64,000 bases of DNA from Candidatus Hodarchaeota archaeon (GTDB lineage Archaea > Asgardarchaeota > Heimdallarchaeia > Hodarchaeales > Hodarchaeaceae): assembly GCA_029856365.1 (NCBI GenBank), contig JAHQWW010000003.1, positions 52,040 through 116,039 on the forward strand. Reading direction: 5' to 3'. Made by a program: the position numbers and the translations under genes. The notes under the pieces are model-generated. The model searched no databases, had not been told where the DNA came from, and saw only the letters and a program-made list of their open reading frames with translations. The stretch's first letter is position 1. Each line of letters begins with the position of its first letter. Of this stretch, positions 59,610 to 64,000 are shown piece after piece.

Positions 59610-61535
59610 TTATCGACGAACATGAACGGCCACTCCACGATTAAACGCGATCATCTCTGGGGCAGCAAGGCCACTTTTGCCAAAATTAAGAAATGTGTCG
59701 TTTTTGTCAACAATGAATACTTCCTCACCACACAAAATTTCAGGATCCACATCTTGTACAAATCTTGCCAGTAAATCTTTGTTATTGGCAATATAAGGAA
59801 TAGATTCACTTGCTGCTACCACTCGTAAACGTGGGGGGGGAATATGTTGGTGTAATTTTTGAGCGAACGTTTCTGTGGGTATAATAACAAAATCTGAAGC
59901 ACGAAATGTTCCTAATACTCCTGATTTATCTGAAAAACGACGAATAATTCCAGTTTTTCTAGAACGTTCAATAATTAAAGATTGATCACTCAAAATTGTG
60001 TGTGTACCAGCCCCAAATTGATAATCTATTATAGCATTGACAATATGAGTTTCATTCAATTTATTCTTATTTATAGTTCTTTCAAAAATATCAATATCTT
60101 GTAATATTTTGAAATTTAGATCTAATGAAGGATGAATTTTGACTCGTTTGAATTTTGATTTATACTTTTGAAGAAATTGTGATATAAAGTTGGATATCTC
60201 TGAAGAAAATGACATTGGAATTCTTTCATGTTGAATTAAAGGATAAATCCCCTGTAATTCGTCAGGAACTATTCCAAAGATTGGAGATAATCTTATTACT
60301 TGGTACGAGCCTGAAGAGTGCAAGTTCTGAAAATCTTGTCCTATGATTAAAGTTTGATTCCAGATATAAAAACGCTCCAACATTCGTTTCCTATATCGTA
60401 ATAAGATAGGGTGAAAAGAAAGAATTGGATGTGTAATAAGGAGAGATCGGGATTTTGATATTGGTTCGTATTGTTCGATAAATTCGGAGGTTGTGGAGCC
60501 AAATAAAAGATCTAGAACCTTAGCTAAAGAAGGATGGTTCATTACTCGGGATAAAACAAGTTCATATAACCGCCCTTCAATGATGGCTTGCTTGATTCTA
60601 CGAATTTCTTCCAAACTGACAATGAGATTATGTTTAGCAAGTAAACTGGTTCGAATCTCTTGATCAAGTTGTTTTAATTCAGTAGCAGTATAAGCTTGGC
60701 AAACTTCACATGAACAGGGGAGATACTGAAGATTCTCTAGATATTCTGTACCAAAAACTGTGATATAACGATTTTTTTTAGCATATAGAATATAAGCTGC
60801 TGAATCGAACATATCTATCCCAAGAAAAACTGCAACAGCAAAAAACATAGGATGACCGACACCAAACAAATGAATCGGACGATTTACAGGTAAATGTTGT
60901 TTCACCGTGAGTGCTATCCGAACAACAGTCTTGAAATCATATTTCTCTAATAGCGGTACAACAGATCCTATAGGATGCACCGTGAAGTCCTTTTGGGCCA
61001 TTTCTACACAGGATTTCTCAACAAGCTCTAAATATTCTCCGCCCTGGATCGGACCAGCCCATAAAATTGAATCTGTTAAATTACGATGGTGAATATGCTC
61101 ATCCGCTCTGAGAAGTGTCTTTTCCAAAGCTAATTTGGATTCCTCATAGCTTCCTCTTTTTATTGGGACATCTAAGAAAACACCAATATCAGTACCAATT
61201 TGTTCTTGAAATCGTGTAATTTCTTTATTGGTTACTGTTACCTCACCGTATTCCATTAACTGAAATGCCCCTGAATCAGTCATAAGTGGACCAGAATAAC
61301 CAATATAGTTATGTAATCCCTCTTTTAATGCTCGTTCACGATTTACAGGCTCTTTATATAATAAATACGCATTTGTGATAAAAGATTCTGCCCCATATCT
61401 TATCATTTCTTTGGGAGGGATTAATTGATGATTTGGATTGAGGACGGGCAGAAAAACTGGCGTTGATATCTTGCCATGCTTAGTCATTATCGTTCCTATT
61501 CGTGCTAATCCATCTTTTTTTCTTACTGAGAACAA
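59610..61535 (-). CDS. tgtA: Archaeal tRNA-guanine(15) transglycosylase
   Basis: DGLARIG, TDSGAFQ, GPIQGG, HLFG.GHP, FDSAAY, CSCEVC..HNL, C-terminal PUA. Confidence 0.95.
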   Translation of the reverse strand: MFSVRKKDGLARIGTIMTKHGKISTPVFLPVLNPNHQLIPPKEMIRYGAESFITNAYLLYKEPVNRERALKEGLHNYIGYSGPLMTDSGAFQLMEYGEVTVTNKEITRFQEQIGTDIGVFLDVPIKRGSYEESKLALEKTLLRADEHIHHRNLTDSILWAGPIQGGEYLELVEKSCVEMAQKDFTVHPIGSVVPLLEKYDFKTVVRIALTVKQHLPVNRPIHLFGVGHPMFFAVAVFLGIDMFDSAAYILYAKKNRYITVFGTEYLENLQYLPCSCEVCQAYTATELKQLDQEIRTSLLAKHNLIVSLEEIRRIKQAIIEGRLYELVLSRVMNHPSLAKVLDLLFGSTTSEFIEQYEPISKSRSLLITHPILSFHPILLRYRKRMLERFYIWNQTLIIGQDFQNLHSSGSYQVIRLSPIFGIVPDELQGIYPLIQHERIPMSFSSEISNFISQFLQKYKSKFKRVKIHPSLDLNFKILQDIDIFERTINKNKLNETHIVNAIIDYQFGAGTHTILSDQSLIIERSRKTGIIRRFSDKSGVLGTFRASDFVIIPTETFAQKLHQHIPPPRLRVVAASESIPYIANNKDLLARFVQDVDPEILCGEEVFIVDKNDTFLNFGKSGLAAPEMIAFNRGVAVHVRR

Positions 61536-61775
61536 TAGGTAATGACAACTCCTCAGATCTGGTTTATAAATACCCCCATTTCAAAGAAATTAGTACCACC
61601 TGACTTTAATCTCTTAAATAACATATATTTTTTCCTTTTAGTAACTTCAGGCATGAATAAACGACTATCTTATACACCGAAGCCGATTTAATTAACTTAT
61701 ACTATTTATCTCTTCAGTTGAATCTCTTTTTGTTAGAAGTCTTTTTTTGGTTGAGCTGTGAAAAAAGCACAATAA

Positions 61776-62675
61776 CTATTTGGAATCTTGATCCTTCTCT
61801 GTGATAACACGAGAAATCTCTACTAGAGAATCAGCAAGTTTATTATCGCTTTCCTCTTCTTCAATGATCTCTATCACATTAGAAACAGTTTTAAAAATGA
61901 AGTGTAGATCCTTTACCTTAAACTCTACTTCCTCTTCTTCAAGTCCTGATGGCAATGAAACTTCAGCCCAAATCTCTGTTCCCGAAAAACCTGTAAAAGC
62001 AGGAGAGTTTTGAAGCTCTTCTTCTACCAAAACAGAGTCTTTTAATGTAAGATTCTCAAATTTTAAACTTATAAAACTACCCTCAATATTTAGGTCTACT
62101 TCAAGACCATAAGACTCCGTTAGAGTTTCTACAATAGAACGAAACATATTAATGCTGTGAATGCTAGTCTCTTGAGCATTTACCAGGCATAAATCCAGTT
62201 TTGGCCAAAGGAGAAAAAGTTGATCTCGTAAAAAATGGGTTTCAATGATTTGATCCACACTCCCCATAGGTAAAACCTCCTTTCCCTTGATTATGGTTCT
62301 TTTAAGAAGGTCTGAAGCTGAACGACGAGCTGTTGACTGTTTTTCATGAATGATCTTCCAATAGTCATCGATATAGACATAAACATCAGGAAGCAGCATT
62401 TCACCCTCTTGAAACGATCTCATAAGCCCTTTTATTCGTTGAGAATAACAAAACATTGGTATTTGCTTTTTAGACTCACGTTTCAATAGGAGGACGTCCA
62501 AATAACGACGTTCAGTGCACTTAGGACGTAACATGTTAACTACTTTGTTGTTTTGACACTTTTCAATACAGAATAACCTTCGATCACGAACCATCTCTTC
62601 CCAAAGAGTAACCCCTGATATCAAATTTAAAGTCTCCATCGCGGTTTTTGGGGCTTCCTCTTCGTTCCATTTCAT
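61776..62675 (-). CDS. Hypothetical protein
   Basis: 299-aa ORF with a Cys-containing N-terminal half and an acidic C-terminus; no recognised family. Confidence 0.7.
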   Translation of the reverse strand: MKWNEEEAPKTAMETLNLISGVTLWEEMVRDRRLFCIEKCQNNKVVNMLRPKCTERRYLDVLLLKRESKKQIPMFCYSQRIKGLMRSFQEGEMLLPDVYVYIDDYWKIIHEKQSTARRSASDLLKRTIIKGKEVLPMGSVDQIIETHFLRDQLFLLWPKLDLCLVNAQETSIHSINMFRSIVETLTESYGLEVDLNIEGSFISLKFENLTLKDSVLVEEELQNSPAFTGFSGTEIWAEVSLPSGLEEEEVEFKVKDLHFIFKTVSNVIEIIEEEESDNKLADSLVEISRVITEKDQDSK

Positions 62676-63216
62676 TATGTTAAGAGTCTCCGGGTCTTTT
62701 CTTCCTGAAATCTTAATTAAACACTCTTTACACTAGGGTGTCAAACCCTTCTATCCACATCTGCCTAGTAACAGCAAGATATCTCTTTAAACGTGCAATA
62801 ATACTTTTAATCGTCCGTATTGCAAGTCTTGTACTGTTAAATTGGCTATGATGAGTAGATGGTTTCTTAAAGAAGTATGTCCACACTCTAGTGGTTCACT
62901 TAGCTTAGTTAACCTTCGATTATAAAAGATGTACTGATATAACTTACTGATGTGTGATAACCCCTCCTTAATTTCGGTTACTAGGGCGACAAAGTCAATA
63001 TTTTCTTTGGATTGTAAAATAAATAGGTTGGTTTCTCGTTAGTGGCTTGTAAAAGTATTCTTTTTAGAATAAATACGTTACACAAATCATACCTTTAGAC
63101 TACATTTATCATCCGATTCTTTAATTTCTCATTCTCGTGTTTAAGATATTAAAAAATCATGAGGCGTTTCAAACTTAAACTCAAAATTATGTAGAGTAGT
63201 TCTCTTTTCTCCATAA

Positions 63217-63900
63217 CTATCCACATTTGGAATAGCCACAAACCCGACAAAGAATACACCCTTCACCGTGCTCTACAATATTCCCACATTCAGGACATTC
63301 GGGCCGTAAACCTGAAGTAGTATGAGATAGGTAAATTGTATTACCCCCTGAATTAGAATCACTTACAGCTGTTTCCCTCACCTCATCATTCTCATGTTTG
63401 TGATTATTAATACTATAGCGTTTTATAAAACGTTCTACTGACTTGGCTACCGCATCAGCACAAGACAAGATTGGGCCGTCCTGACCAAATGTAGGAGATG
63501 GACAACGAATGGATTTAAGCTGTAATATAATTTCCTCAGGCTCAATCCTACTTCGTAATGCTAGGGAAATTAGCCGACCCATTGACTCGATATGCGATGC
63601 AACACAACCACCAGATTTCCCCAGTGACAAAAACAGTTCGGCTAATCCCTCCTCATCCTCATTGATAGTAATAAATAAGTTTGTACCACAACCCACACGA
63701 ACCCGTTCCGTGACTCCCCGGGTAACATCTGGTCTATATCTAGGCTTTTTTGATGGAATAACCTCATCTGATTTGGTTTTTACTTCGTTTGTTCCTTTTT
63801 TAGACAAAACGTCGTAAGTACGAGACCCAGAACGGTATACTGTTAGTCCTTTACATCCCAATTTGTAAGCTAACATATAAGCATTGTTAATATCAGCGAT
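63217..63900 (-). pseudogene. nrdJ: C-terminal fragment of class II (B12) ribonucleotide reductase: last barrel strand + TSCPD domain + Zn ribbon
   Basis: IADINNAYMLAYKLGCKGLTVYRSGSR, GCG.LFITIN, GRLISLALR, SCADAVA, CPECG..EGC..C..CGYSKC. An in-frame TAG at 63949-63951 closes the frame, so the catalytic core is not contiguous. Confidence 0.75.
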
Positions 63901-64000
63901 TTTTTTATCATCTTTTTGCTCACCTCTATATACTATAACGTAAATTCCCTATTAATATAACATAAATTTTAATGAAAAATTTGTTATTTTTCACTATTAA

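Noticed and set aside
62848-62950. ATGATGA ... CTGA as a box C/D sRNA
   Set aside because: The C-to-D distance (~85-100 nt) is long for archaeal guides and there is no clear internal D'/C' pair.
266-63817. Many short ORFs in the track lying antisense or out of frame within longer genes (e.g. 266-454, 1599-1793, 24390-24776, 41369-41734, 54822-55157, 63509-63817)
   Set aside because: They are shadows of well-supported genes, with no motifs or ribosome-binding sites.
63900-64000. Group I/II intron or intein interrupting nrdJ
   Set aside because: The adjacent sequence is AT-rich and promoter-like, with no group II domain V/VI, no group I 3' structure and no intein HN-C/S/T junction. Only 100 nt are visible.

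Overview
AT-rich, gene-dense archaeal chromosome segment. The gene content points to an Asgard archaeon, probably Heimdallarchaeia: five roadblock genes, longin-type domains, a Rab-like and an MglA-like GTPase, a tail-anchored SNARE-like protein, TFE, ArcTGT/ArcS/RaSEA, plus dnaK-dnaJ-grpE and hutUHI. I found one RNA gene (SRP RNA, ~3189-3495) and no rRNA, tRNA, CRISPR array or intact mobile element. Three coding features are missing or incomplete in the ORF track: an EndoQ-like gene running off the left edge, a 48-aa DUF2080 gene, and a MazG-like pseudogene with two in-frame stops. The best leads are: (i) a cell-surface beta-sandwich protein with three TM helices ending in an RxxxxH HEPN domain, a kinase-free IRE1-like architecture; (ii) a single protein resembling both C1orf109/AIRIM and CINP of the eukaryotic 55LCC complex; (iii) degenerate FtsZ-fold and MinD-fold proteins each fused to a longin-like domain, the latter beside a Rab-like GTPase, two DYNLRB-like roadblocks and a Yip1 protein; (iv) a folliculin/SMCR8-like protein that keeps the GAP arginine-finger motif; and (v) several structured non-coding elements. 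All homology calls come from by-eye motif recognition and recalled family consensus; no searches were run.
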